Shown in pieces: positions 37,501 to 50,350 of a stretch of 64,000 nt of DNA. The stretch's first letter is position 1, and each line of letters opens with the position of its first letter. The notes under the pieces were generated by a model. The model saw only the letters and a list, made by a program, of their open reading frames with translations. It was not told where the DNA came from and did not search any database. The DNA comes from Octopus sinensis (taxonomy: Eukaryota), in assembly GCF_006345805.1 (NCBI RefSeq), contig NC_043005.1:45570001-45634000 (forward strand). The letters run 5' to 3'. Position numbers and translations under genes: made by a program.

Positions 37501-38324
37501 GACTGGTTGCTGTAGCAATTTACTAATGGGGTAGATTCAGTGTAGTGACTCAACATTCTTGAATATTGATCTAAAAACAATTATTATATTGGAATTTGAA
37601 AGTTAATACTGTTGACAACGAATTCCTCAAGTCCTTTTACAAATCCATAATTCCAAGCAACTCTGTACCACAGTTAACACATATCTATATTTTCGCTGGT
37701 TTTATGGCAGTGAGCTGACAGAATCATCAGTACACTGGGAAAAATGCTTAGTGGCATTTCATCTGTCCCTATGTTCTGAGTTCAATTTTTGTCATGGGTG
37801 ACTTTACCTTTAATCCTTTTGGAGTTGATGAAATAAATACCAATTGATCAATGGGATCGATGTAATTGATTTACATCCTCCCCTGAAATTGCTGGTCTTG
37901 TGCCAAAATTTGAAACCAATATTTTCACATTTATTATGACAGTGAGTTGGCAGAGTTGTTACCATGCCAGGAAAGATGTTTAGTGGCAGTCCTTTTAGCA
38001 TTACATTCTGAGTTCAAATGATGCAAGGGTCAACCTTGCCTTTCATTCTTTCAAGGGCGATAAAATAAGTACCAGTTGAACACTGGGGTTGTTGTAATAA
38101 ACTTAGCCCCTCCCCCAAACCTACTGGCCTTGTGCCAAAATTTGAAACCAATATTTTCACTGTAATTAGTGTTAACATTAAATGAATTACTAAAAGCATT
38201 ACATAATCGATATTCATCCTTTCTTTAGTCACTCCATCAGACAATAGAATAAATTAATTGACTTTTCATAATCAAAGTTATTTATTGGTGCATGACCAGC
38301 TTTATTACTTTTTTTATTTCTTTA

Positions 38325-38545
38325 TTGCCCACAAGGGGCTAAACATAAAAGGGACAAACAAAGACAGACTAAGGGATTAAGTCGATTACATCAGCCCCAG
38401 TGCTTAACTGGTACTTAATTTATCAACCCCGAAAGGATGAAAGGCAAAGCCAACCTTGGCGGAATTTGAACTCAGAATGTAAAGACAGATGAAGTACTGC
38501 TAAGCATTTTGCCTGGCGTGCTAACATTTCTGCCAGCTCGCCACC
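38325..38545 (-). mobile_element. SINE type C
   Basis: Reverse complement of 8130-8366; flanking attacttt duplication. Confidence 0.8.
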
Positions 38546-38729
38546 ATTACTTTCTTGAGAAACACTACTGGGGTCCTGGATCTCTTCTGCTCACATCCAC
38601 ACAGTGAGTTGAACTTAGTACAGTTGAATATCCTTTACCTGAGAAATTTAAAGAAGGTACATCAGCAATGACATCAATGTCAGCTGGAAAGTCCAATAAG
38701 TTACTTGTATCTGACATGGAAAGTTCTTG

Positions 38730-39880
38730 AAGTGGTCTGCTATGAATGTTTCATATGACATGGAAAACTGAGCTCTATCAAATTAAATTCTTAATCCAAG
38801 CCGTCTATCCTATTCCACTAATCCCATCTAATTTGTACTTTCAGAGGAAAACAATCAACAGCTTGCCCTCTCTGCCTGAAGAAAGGGACCTAGGAGTACA
38901 GTTTAGCTGCTCTACCAAAAACTTGGGAATGGTTGCTACTGCTGGCTTCATAGCCAAGGTCTGAAGTCCTTAATGGATACCATCTACTGCCAGATTAGCA
39001 GTTGTAAGAGCTTCTACCCAGTGAAAACCACCATTCCTTTCACCAAGGCTAGAATAAAGCTAGAATCAACCACCAAGATCACATTCTCTGATCTGCAACC
39101 AATGGCACAAGACCAGGAATTGAAAGCTGATCTGGAAAAGTACCTGACGTTTATAGAAACTGATTCCACACCTCAATAAGGTTATACATGGTGCTGATCT
39201 CAGAAACTTCCAAAGAGGTCGTCTTATTTGAATTTGCTGTTCATGAGGCGGATCACGTTGAAGAAGCTAAGGTGATGAGGAGGGTAAAGTATACTGAGCT
39301 GGGGAATACCAAAGCAATAGATGACTGGGAAGTTACTAACTCATTGAAAGAGTTCACAGGCCAGTACCTCAAGTGTTCCAAAAACAAGCTGGGCTTCATA
39401 TGGACTTGTAACAGGATCTAGAATCGGTATCACTGGAGGGGTGTCCGATCCGATCCCGTCACATTCAATTTAGTTAAATATAACAGACGAAGTCAGGTTA
39501 TCTGGGAAAGACAGCAAATGTTGTTTATTACTTGTGATGATGTAGATCTGGTGTACGTATTTCTGAGGGGAACTGACAGCCGTATCTGTTGTACTGCTTC
39601 TTGTTGGTTGGTCGAAGTGATTCGATGTGGTCCACTGCTAAGTCGGTGCGTAGTCCTCAGAGACTGCCAATACACGTCTGTTCACAAGAGCTGCTAGGGC
39701 CAGAGAGGCTGAGTGAGTGGACGGTGTTTTAGGGGTCAGTTTCCCGCACATGCACATGGGGAAGACTTCCGGTGGTCACCCGGAAGTAGTCCCATTCTGT
39801 GCATGTGCGCTGAACCTTACACAGCAGCATCACTACAGACTAGTAGGCAAAGGAATATCTGTGGATATCCACAGATGACT
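38730..39880 (+). mobile_element. Decayed HERO-like (restriction-like endonuclease) LINE 3' region, interrupted at 39407-39821
   Basis: TWKTELYQIKFLIQAVY..PSNL, CPLCLKKGT (CCHC), TTIPFTKA...QELKADLEK.LTF, VLISETSKEVVLFE...EEAKV..RVKYTEL; resumes as ...YLWI after the insertion. Confidence 0.75.
39407..39821 (-). mobile_element. Solo-LTR-like insertion (415 bp)
   Basis: TGTAA...TTACA termini, higher GC and CpG than the flanks, AATAAA on the minus strand (tttatt near 39525). No convincing TSD. Confidence 0.45.
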
Positions 39881-40064
39881 GTGGATCGAGTAATTAGAGT
39901 TATAAATGGAATAGTTCCAAATAAACATAAGCTGAGACTTGGTCAATACTGACTAGCTCACTTGGGTGAAAGTGTTTAATTATCAAAATATCTTAAATAC
40001 TTCAGTTAATATCAATAATGATATGCACAGGTACATCACTTGATGATGGATGTAAAAAAATAAA

Positions 40065-40310
40065 TGCACCCTTTTTAAAGCTTAGCCAGGCTCATGGGCC
40101 CGGTTTCCCAGTTTCTATGGCGTATGTGTTCCCCAGCTGGATGGGACGCCAGTCCATTGCAGCATTACTCATTTTTACTAGCTGAGTGGACTGGAGCAAT
40201 ATGAAATGAAGTGTTTTTGTTCAAGAATACGTGTCGCCCAGTCCTGGAATTGAAACCACAATGTTACGATCATGATGCTGACACCCTAACCATTAAGCCA
40301 CGTGCCTCCA
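40065..40310 (-). mobile_element. SINE type A head with V-SINE-like tail
   Basis: Reverse complement of the 4584-4900 type. Confidence 0.7.
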
Positions 40311-40399
40311 CGATGATGGATGTAGATAAAATAAAAGTAAAGAATCTGAAAAAAAAAATTATGTGTTCAATTTAATACTCAACACAATTATTAACCCTT

Positions 40400-40966
40400 T
40401 ACTTGGGAGATTTCAGCAGTTACAAAGTCTAAATAAGACACAAGAGCTTTTAAATAACATGCAAGACTTACCAGATTAAATAAACTGAGAATTTATTTCA
40501 AACTTTGAAGAAAAACTTAAGGGACCAAGAAAATAGTGATATTAATGGACCCTCTAGCATTTAAACTGGCCATATCCAGCTCAAATATCATACTTGTTTT
40601 ATGTTCAAATCAGTCAGATCTAGTCTCACATACATACTCTACAATGTCATTCTAAAAACAAACAATAAACAATACATCATCAAAATTTCAAAGCTATGAA
40701 ATGATTCGTGATTAATTCCAAACAGTGTGAATAAATAAGCATTTCATTTGACAGAGTAATCTGAATGCTAAAGGGTTAACTGAACAGGATATTGTAAGAG
40801 AATTATTTCCAGAAGTAAATCTTCTGATAGAAGCTCCTAGACTCATCAAGAATAATAAGTTACAGGCTGTCATGCTCAACTTGTAGGTTGCATTAAGAAT
40901 TTAAGCTTATGTTATCTATTACAGTGGCCACAAGAAAGAGAAGATTTAGTAAACCAAAGCTTATAA
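40400..40966 (+). pseudogene. Possible decayed TIR remnant split by a TTAA MITE
   Basis: GDFSS...TCKTYQIK*TENL before the MITE, and SLCYLLQWPQERE (40904-40942) after it, which resembles the TIR C-terminal YLEWP. Confidence 0.35.
40546..40779. mobile_element. TTAA-type (piggyBac-like) MITE
   Basis: Ends accctctagcatt ... aatgctaaagggTTAA; same family as 58096-58288, in the opposite orientation. Confidence 0.6.
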
Positions 40967-41343
40967 AAACATTTGTTACGACCAGTCGTGACATGAGACA
41001 GATTAAATTCTTTGGTGTTACATTGTTTGTCAACATAAAACAACATTGTAGAAAAACAGATAGAGAAAGTTCTAAGAAAGCATTTATCTTTTATTATCGG
41101 TTATCTTTTACTTGGTTCAGTCGTTGGACTGCAGCCATGCTGGGGCATTGCCTTGAAAGGTTTTAGTTAAGCAATTTGACCTCAGTACTTATTTATTTTA
41201 AAATCTGGGACTTATTCTCTTAGTCGTTTTTGCTTAGTTATGGGGATGTAAGCAAATACTGATTGCCAAGTCGGTGATAAAGGGGACAAACACAGATATA
41301 AGGAGAGAGAGAGAAAGAGAGAAAGAGAGAGACACACACACAC

Positions 41344-41375
<32 letters not shown>

Positions 41376-41824
41376 AAATAATGTAGGCAGCAATGTGCAA
41401 TATAGACCAAAAAGGAAAAATTCAGTTACCTAATTGTGACTTAGGGTGCTGAGTAGCACCTATATTGCTAGAAATAGGAGATAAAAATCTTAGATTTGCA
41501 AGGAAGCACATTTTCATACACTGACAGGGGAGATAATCACCCCATATGAGAAACCAGAATCACTGGACTAGACTAATTTCATCTGTAAATTGTAGACTTG
41601 TCAGCAGTGACTACTCCATCGCCAAACGGCTTAGCTAAGTCCAGACTGTCAGTACATGTATTTACCATATAAATTTATGGATAAGTAAGCAAAATGCTAA
41701 TGAGAAAATTATGAAACAACGTAGGCAGCTATACTCAATATAAAACCCAAAAGGAAAACTTCAATTGTCTCTAATTGCGACAGAGGGTGTTGGGTAGCAC
41801 ATATTTATTACTATATATATATAT

Positions 41825-41948
41825 AATCAAAATAAGCAACAAGGATATCCAGAGTTAATGCAGTATGCTCGTTTTATGCAACTCCATGGAGTTGCATGAA
41901 ACAATAGTACTGCATTACCTCTGGATATCCTTGTTGCTTATTTTGATT
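41825..41948. repeat. 124-bp near-perfect palindrome
   Basis: Outer 30 bp perfect (aatcaaaataagcaacaaggatatccagag), centre atgcaactcca|tggagttgcat, one 5-bp internal bubble and two single mismatches. Confidence 0.95.
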
Positions 41949-42029
41949 TTAATCACCGTACTTTGAAATTGTATGGATAATACCGTACTAAATTCTGGTG
42001 CCTCAACTTAAGTACCATATTCATCTGAA

Positions 42030-42070
<41 letters not shown>

Positions 42071-42072
<2 letters not shown>

Positions 42073-42282
42073 CATTTCCTTCTAAGATGAATTCCTCCTT
42101 TTGAGTTGTTGATACAGAAAAGACAACACCAGATAACATTTCCACATGCAAGGCAAATTTCTCTCCTAGGAAATTCATGATTTCAACAGTATTGCCTTTA
42201 ATCAATACCACAATGCTGATTACAAAATGGACATAAACAAACTTCATCTTATAACAAAACATTTTGGTCACACCTTTTTATC
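42071..42282 (-). pseudogene. RPL9: 60S ribosomal protein L9 (uL6) pseudogene fragment
   Basis: KGVTKMFCYKMKFVYVHFVISIVVLIKGNTVEIMNFLGEKFALHVEMLSGVVFSVSTTQKEEFILEGND aligns by eye to RPL9 KGVT.GFRYKMRSVYAHFPIN...VEIRNFLGEK...QKDELILEGND. It ends abruptly in (TA)n and lacks the N- and C-terminal parts. Confidence 0.85.
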
Positions 42283-42766
42283 CTATTTTCAGTATAAATA
42301 CAAACAGTATGCATAGTGGCACCAAGCGTCTTTCAGTTTTGTCTACCAAATCCACTCACAAGGTTTTGATCAGTCTGGGGCTATAGTAGAAGAATTTACA
42401 TAGTGGGACTGAACCTGAAACCACATGATTATTAAACAAGCTTCCTATCCTCACAGCCAAGTCTGCACAGACGTAAAGTCAAGAAAAATACTTTAGCTTG
42501 TTTACAGCATCTGTTCTTCTTTATTTCATTAAATCATTAAGAAAATATTTGTTACATCTACAGTGGATCAATGGCACCTTTCAGATTTTTTTCTTTCTCA
42601 CCTTAGCTTTTCTGAGTATTTATAACAGAAATGTGCTAAAATCAATGGCAATAATGTAGTCAGACACTCTCTCTCTCTCTCTCTAAACACTTTAATTCTA
42701 TATTTTGCAACTTTACCTCATTGTGAAATTTTTAAAAAATTGTGTTTAGATCTCATATATAGGTAT

Positions 42767-42915
42767 GGGCATGGCTGTATGGTAGGAAGTTTGCTTTCCA
42801 ACCACATAATTCCAGGTTCAGTCCCACTGTGTGTTACTTTGGGCAAGTATCTTCTACGATAGCCTCAGGCCTGAGTGGATTCGGTTGACAGGAACTGAAA
42901 GAAGCCTATCATATG

Positions 42916-42967
<52 letters not shown>

Positions 42968-43200
42968 TTGTCTTTGTGTTTGTGTTTGCCCCCCACCACT
43001 GCTTGACAACTGGTGTCGGTGTGTTTACATCCCTGTGACTTAGTGGTTTGGCAAATGAGACTGGTAGAATGAGTACCTAGCTGAGAAAAGAAGTATTGAA
43101 GTTGATTCATTTGACTAAAATTCTTCAAGGTGGTGCCCCAGCTTGGCCACAGTATAATGACTAAACAAGCAAAAGAATGAAGGACAAAAGATAAAACAGG
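42767..43200 (+). mobile_element. SINE type B (diverged)
   Basis: Head, (GT)n centre and tail match 7264-7657. Confidence 0.75.
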
Positions 43201-43406
43201 GCCTTGAAAATCAGTTTATTCAAATAACATTAACCCCCAGAGCCAACCCTAATATCATGTTTCTTTGTTTCTTTGTGAGTTTGTTTGTTTGTTTGTTTGT
43301 ATGTTCTTCTTTCTCTTTTTAATTTTAGAGTAAATTCTGACCAGCCACCTACTTGGTAGCAAGGTTGTGAAGGAAAGCATCTTGTTTTGACCATCATCCT
43401 TTAAAT

Positions 43407-43716
43407 CGGTGGTTCCCAAAGTGGGCAGTATTGCCCTCTGAGGGTGGTGAAAAGTTCCAAGGGGTCATTGAAGAAAAGTGGGGCGATAATGGGGGTAGCG
43501 ATTCATGTAAAAAGTGGGGTGATAATGGGGTAGCGATTCGTGTAAAAGCAACAAAATAATGGGTTCATTAGATTAAGTTTTGTTTGTGAAATACAGTTGC
43601 TTTGAATTTGCTTCGGAAAGAGGTCTATGTTTTTGATGGTTAGTTGGGATGAGGGCACTAGGAATGTGGCCTGGGTGTCAAGGGGATGGCAGCCTGAAAA
43701 CATTTGGGTACCACTG
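43407..43716. mobile_element. hAT (Charlie-like) MITE
   Basis: TIRs cggtggttcccaaa / tttgggtaccactg; 8-bp TSD ctttaaat / ttttaaat; internal ~35-bp tandem duplication. Confidence 0.8.
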
Positions 43717-44509
43717 TTTTAAATCTGAGGGTCTTGCAGATTTTTATAGTCCTAGATATTGTGATCATTTGTAGCATATGGATTGATACATATCATTTGT
43801 GGTATATGGGTTGGTATGTATCCTGTTGCTCCAATAATAATAGGCATGAAGCTGTAAGTGTATCTTGGGTACTGGATTTACAAGTTCCTTATCAATGGTC
43901 CATAGATATCCTATTTCCCTTGTATGCATGAATGTGCCCTGGGTATGACTTTATACTGTGTCTGGTAATGAAGCCCTGGTTTGGTAGCTCAAGAGTTTCA
44001 AGAAATAGGGAAACCATCCCTCAGCCACTATTATTCCCAGATCTACTCTGATCTAGAGTAGTAACACCTGTCAGGGTTCCAGTTATGAGTTAATTAGCAT
44101 ATAAAGGTTTACTTACCTAGGCATTTGAGGACTGGATCTCACAGAGATTGTGGATGAAATCTTCATGATTCAACTGAGGAAAAACGTGGCTTCAGCAATG
44201 CACTGCAGAGTGCAGAAATCAAGATGAAACAAATAGGACATCCTTGTCATCCACTACAATTGTCTTCCTTTCCAGTCACTTGATCTGGTCTTGCCACTGG
44301 ATTAATGATGGTTACAGATGAGAAAATGAGGTTGATCATGTGCAATTCTTCTCCACTTTAAACTAAGTCACCACTCAAGTAATCATCCTTAAGGGTGACT
44401 AGTTAGTTTTCATCACTCCAATGTATGGACATGATGTATGTATACAATGTATACACCTATGCGTGTATGTATGTATGTATGTATGTATGTATGTATGTAT
44501 GTATGTATG

Positions 44510-44725
44510 TATGTATCATCATCATCATCATCATTAATGTCCATCTTCCATGCTGGCACAAGTTAGACAGTTTGACAGGAGCCGGCAAACCAGAGGGCTG
44601 CATCAGGCTCCAGTTGTCTGTTTTGCCATGGTTTCTATGGTTGGATGCCCTTCCTAAAGCCAACCACTTTACAGAGTGTGTTGGATGCTTTTTACGTGGC
44701 ACCAGCACAGGTGCTTTTTATGTAT
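44510..44725 (-). mobile_element. SINE type D 3' part
   Basis: (CAT)n then ttaatgtccatcttccatgctggc...ggatgcccttcctaa. Confidence 0.7.
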
Positions 44726-45379
44726 GTGTGCAGATATGTATATACATATATACAAATGCACATATGTATATATGTGTGTAGATAGATAGGTAGAGATACC
44801 TGTCACCCTTGGCCTAGTGATTTGGATGCCCAGCTCATGGTTATAAAGTTGTGGTATCACTTACTGGACTAGGCAGCTGGTTGTGTTCTTGAACAAGATA
44901 CTTCATTTCACATTGCTGTAATCTACTCAACAACAAATGGGTGTCAACCAGGGTGCTGGTATGGCCCTCTTTACTTGCAGCTGTCATGTCCTGGGTCATT
45001 AGTGAGGATACCATTAGGACATCTATGTCTGCTTGTGATTACATAAGTGCTAAAACCAATCAGAGAAAGTCTGGTACATGTTACCATGCAATGTCACCAT
45101 GCCATATTCACTCATTACTGTTTATATGTATATTTAGATGACTAACCTGAGAAGATGACAACCAAACAGCAGTAACAATTAGCGCATATTCTATTTTAGA
45201 TTGGATGCCTTCCTGAAAGTTTACTAAAACTAATCAGCAGGCATGTCTGTGCAGTTAAGAAGCCTGCTTTGTAACTACATGATTTTCAGTTCAGTCCCAT
45301 TGTTTGGCATCTTGAAAAAGTGTCTCCAACAATAGCTCCAGGCTTATCAATACCATGGGACTGAAAAAAACACTCATGC

Positions 45380-45780
45380 TAGCATTGTATAAAAAGCACC
45401 TGTGCTGGTGCCACATGAAAAGCACTGGTGCCACATGAAAAGCACTCATGCCAGAGCCATGTAAAAAGCACATATGCTAGTGCCACATAAAAACACATGG
45501 CATTTGTGCTGGCGCCACGTGAAAAGCACTGATGCTAGTGCTATGTATGGAGCATTCCTGCTGGTGCCATGTAATAGCACTAATACTGGTGCCATGCAAA
45601 AAGCTCCCAGTACATTCTGTAAAGTGGTCAGCATTAGAAAGAGAATCCAGCTGTAGAAATCATTCCAAAACAAACAACTGGAACCTAGTGCAGCCCTCCG
45701 GCTTGCCAGCTCCTGTCAAATTGTCCAACCCATGCCAGCATGGAAAAACAGACGTTAAATGATGACAAGGATGAGGACGA
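45380..45780 (+). mobile_element. SINE type D with about 9 subrepeats
   Basis: Units tgctggtgccacatgaaaagcac, then the conserved tail and (GAT/GAC)n. Confidence 0.7.
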
Positions 45781-45840
45781 TATTATCAAATAGACTCCAA
45801 AAAGGCTGATGTTGGTCTAAGCTGGCAAGATTTGTATTAT

Positions 45841-46071
45841 AAGGTGACAAGCTGGCAGAATCGTTAGCATGCCGGGCAAAATGCTTAGCAGTATTTCGTC
45901 TGCCGCTACGTTCTGAGTTCAAATTCTGCCAAGGTCGACTTTGCCTTTCATCTTTTCGGGGTCGATAAATTAAGTACCAGTTATACACTGGGTCGATATA
46001 ATTGACTTAATACCGTTGTCTGTCCTTGTTTGTCTCCTCTATGTCTAACACCTTGTGGGCAAAAAAGAAAT
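45841..46071 (+). mobile_element. Full-length SINE type C
   Basis: 14-bp TSD aagatttgtattat at 45827-45840 and 46072-46085. Confidence 0.9.
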
Positions 46072-47016
46072 AAGATTTGTATTATTTAGTAAAACTGATA
46101 AAACAGAGTTCAGTGAACTTGCTATGAAGAATGGGAAAGCCAGAGTTTCAGAGACTTTCTTCTGAGAAAAGTTGAAAGGAGAGGAATTAATGAGAGAAAG
46201 TAGAATTTTACATCCTCTATGTTAAAAAACACTGTGTGTGTATGTGCCTTTCAGTTTGTTCCTACCCCACTGCTAGACAATCAGTATTGGTTTGTTTAGA
46301 TCCCTGCATCTTAGCAGTTAAACAAAAGATACCAATATAAGAAGTACTGAACTTGTAAAAAAAAAGAAGCTCTGCAATTGATTTGTTTGATAAACCCTTC
46401 AAACAGGTGCTCCGTCATGGCCTCAGTCCAAAGACTGAAACAGGTAAATGGTGACAGGTAAACGGGAAGGCCACAATAAAAATAACACAAGTTACATGTA
46501 GGGGATGAGAAAATAGGAGGAACATTTAAGACTGTTAGGGAGTGTGTCTAGTAAATGGTATAAGGGAGCCCCTTTGTAGTCATTTAACCTGCTAGAAATA
46601 GCAGTCAAATCTCGTCAAAATCCCATCCTAACATCTTAAATTCAGAAGGATACATTGGATGATATAATCCCTGATATACAAAAAGACCAATATTCTCATG
46701 ACTGGCATAGAGCTTTTATCATAGGTCTGATCAATCAGAGCTGAAATGATGCCAGCAGCTGCTGCAACAACAACAACAACAACAACAACAGCATAGTATC
46801 TAACTGTTCTGTTTAAAGTTATGTTGATTAACTAAGAGCTGAAGATAACACAATAGAATATATTTATTATCATCGTTTGGTTCCAGGTATGGCATATCTG
46901 AGATTTATGTTTGAACAAATCATATCTGAAAGAATAATACAATGAAATATTGGTTAGTTTGGGAAAATTTATCTAAGAGATTACTATTGATATGTGAAAG
47001 TATCAATATTATATAA

Positions 47017-47340
47017 AGATTCTACTGTTCGTGTATTTTGTATTATGAGAAGAATTTATGTTATGATGCTCAGAGAGAAAGCTTCCAGTATTTTAGATAA
47101 AGCTGTGTATTCTGATATTTTATTAGTTCAGACAATGCTGAAAATCTTCATTTGATTAAAAATGTAGTTTCACACAGTTGTTGCTGTCCAAAGAAGAAAA
47201 GACATTCTTAGAACCACTTTCTTGAAGAATAAATTTTCTGTTGTTCTCATATTTGGCTGATAATTGATATGTGATGCTGCAACAATACATAATAAACAGT
47301 GATAAAGAGTATTTTTGCTGTTGTTGTTGCTGTTGTTGTT
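47017..47340 (+). pseudogene. Possible decayed juxtamembrane plus TIR remnant
   Basis: RFYCSCILYYEKNLCYDAQRESFQYFR*SCVF*YFISSDNAENLHLIKNVVSH resembles the YRFRWxLxYxY ... YDxFISY ... WV order. Confidence 0.25.
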
Positions 47341-48144
47341 ATTACAAACGGCTGGCACCTTAAGCAATAAGTCTTCTACTATAGTCTCAGGCTGACCAAT
47401 TCTTTGTGAGAGGAGTTTGATTGATGGATACTCTGCAGAAGCCAGTTTTGTATACATACATACATACATACATACATACATACATACACATACATACATA
47501 CATATTACCTCTACTCAGCCATCAACTAGTGTAAAACTACCACCACCCTCACTACAACTCCTTCCTCCCAACAGAGTGGGTTTTTGTCTTGCAAGCAACT
47601 CAGTAACCATGTAGTTGCTGGTGCCATGTAAGAAACAGCCAGTACACTCTGTAAACTATTGACATTAGGAAAAGTATCCAGCTGTAGAAACCATACCAAA
47701 CTAGAAAATAGAACTTAGTTCAGCCCCTGGTCTTACCAGCTCTTGTCAAACCATCCAACTTCTGCCAGCATGGAAAATGGACATTAAATGAGATGGTGAT
47801 GATGACGATCATCACACACACACATACTCCAGTGACAGAGCGGCCACTACTGGTGAACTTGTAATTTTCAAGTGAAACTTGACTAGTATAATGATCACAA
47901 TAGCTGTGGGATGGTTATCTCCCCTGTCAGTATATGAAACTGTCCTTTCTTGCAGCTCTAAGGGTTTTTAACTCTAAGGGTTGTAACTCTTATTTCTAGC
48001 AATATATGTGCTACCTGCCACCCTCAGTCACAATTAATGACAATCAAACGTTTCCTTTTCGGTTTTATATTGTGTATAGCTGCCTTCATTATTTTATATA
48101 TGAGATCATCATCTTCCAATCTTCCATCTTCTGTCTTTCATTTA

Positions 48145-48193
<49 letters not shown>

Positions 48194-49269
48194 TACATAC
48201 ATACATACATACATACATACATACATACATACATACATACATACATGCATATATCATAAAAAGACATCACAAAAACTGTTACTCAAAGTTTCACATTCCT
48301 GTTTGGCAGACAGTTTTGGTTTAGAATGGAACAAAATATGGCTATATGCATAAATATACAATTACTTATTTATACATATACTAATTTAAGTGTACAGTAT
48401 TATATATCCAAATAATATATACCAATCGGTTTTGCACTAGGGATTCAACAGAGTGTTAGGTAACAGTCCAGTTATGTAACCCTGTGCTCATCAGAGGTAT
48501 ATATATATATATGTACAATGGATTTCCTTCAGTTTCTTCTTACTAGGTCCACTCACAAGACTTGCCCAAAGTGTCCTGTGCCCTGCAATGGGACTGATCT
48601 CTAAACCACGTAGATGGGAAGCTTGCTTTTTAATCACACAGCACCTATAAATCCTGTTTGGAAAAAAGATAGGTTGGTTATGAATGGCTAAAATGCTTTT
48701 GATCATTGGCCTAGGGTTAAAGAAAACACGTGTACCAAATACCTGGGAAAAAAAAAGAAACAGATTTTACGTAAAGTTGCCAAATTGTAATAGAAAACAT
48801 TGGTTTCGGTTCAGACATATGCAGGATGTTAATCAACAGCAATGATAGCTGTCTAGAAATGTATTTCCTTTCCTCAGGGAGTTGATATTATAAGACATGT
48901 AAATGATATATAATGCCTTCAATGGGAGAAGATATTCTCGAAATGGGAAAAAAAAAAATTTGAGAAAAATAAAAAAATAAAGGCATCTATAAAAATATAC
49001 AAAATATTGGAAAGTAACCATGTTTAATATTATATGACGACCACCACCATCACCCCACCACCATCACCACCACTGCTGCTGAGATTGTCACCACCACCGC
49101 CTCCGCCACCACCACCTCCTCCGCCACCACCACTGCCTCCGCCACCACCACTGCTGCCGCCACCACCATCACGTTACCATCACTGCTACCACCATTGCCA
49201 TAATCACCACTGCTGTCATCATCATCACCACCATCACCACAAATAACAACAGCAACAGCAAAATATTGG

Positions 49270-50200
49270 GTGGAACATTATTCTAATGCAAATATCTCCT
49301 CCATGCAGGTAGACTTGGTATTGTTCTCTGAGACCAAGAACACATTTTCTTTAATCAGAAGTCAATAAGCGAACGTGATAGTTATGAAGAACAATATCGG
49401 AAGAGACTGCTTACCACTAGAGCTGACAGATTCTTGTGCCCAGGGTTAAGTTTAGCATTTGCATCTATATTTACACATTGCCTTTGGTTGTGTAACAATA
49501 CTGGAATAATTTAGAAGAATAGAAGAGATTGATTTATGCAATTATTCAATCAAATTGAAGGAATACACACACATACTGAAGGAAACATTAAATGCATATG
49601 AATCGAGGTAGACAGAAGAGATATACATACATGTATGCAACTGCACATATAAATACACACACCCAAAAAAAGCAAAAACCCAGTGCACATTTATATAGGG
49701 AGAGTTTACAAAAAATACAAAAGATGAAGACAGGTGGTGTACAAAACAAACAGATGTATTAGTATAAAGCTCAGGAATAGAAAAAGTATTTTACATTTCA
49801 AGCCTACGCTCTTCTACAGAAAGAAACACAGAAAAAACAAGGAGAGAAAAAATAATATGTGTAGTGGCTTATATAGCCAGCCACATGTACATATATGTAT
49901 ATGTGGCTGGCTATATAAATGTATCAGTACTGATCAAAAGTATCAGTACTGGCACTATAAAAAGAAGACTACAGCACATATCAATTTGGTATTTAATCTG
50001 CTTCAAAATAGTCCCTTTCTGAAGCTATACACTTTATTTAGCATTGTTCCCACTAAAAGAAGCATTCTAGGAACACCTCTATTTTTGGATAGTGAGAAAT
50101 TACCTCATTGATTTCTCTTGGACTTCTTCAATGTCTTGAAATCTTGTTGATTTAAATTCTCTGCTCCTGAAATGTCTTTGATTTCCTTAACGTCGTGAAA
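49270..50200 (+). pseudogene. Possible decayed LRR remnants
   Basis: YSNANISSMQ, RIEEIDLCNYSI (49516-49551), LGLLQCLEILLI; interrupted by a Penelope-like piece. Confidence 0.3.
49869..49918. repeat. 50-bp palindrome with one G-T mismatch
   Basis: ttatatagccagccacatgtacata|tatgtatatgtggctggctatataa. Confidence 0.95.
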
Positions 50201-50350
50201 TTTTGTTGATGCAGAATCTTGACTCAATTTTCTCTGCTATGGTTATTGCTGGAACCTCTGTGGTGTGGTGAGATGACCATATTCTACACACTCAGCTTCC
50301 AAGCACTGCTATAAACAATGGAAGTGAGCAAGAATATTAGTACTTAGTAT

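Noticed and set aside
45385-45620. CRISPR-like array of ~25-bp repeats (also 20065-20270)
   Set aside because: Degenerate head-to-tail units with no unique spacers and no cas genes; internal to a eukaryotic SINE.
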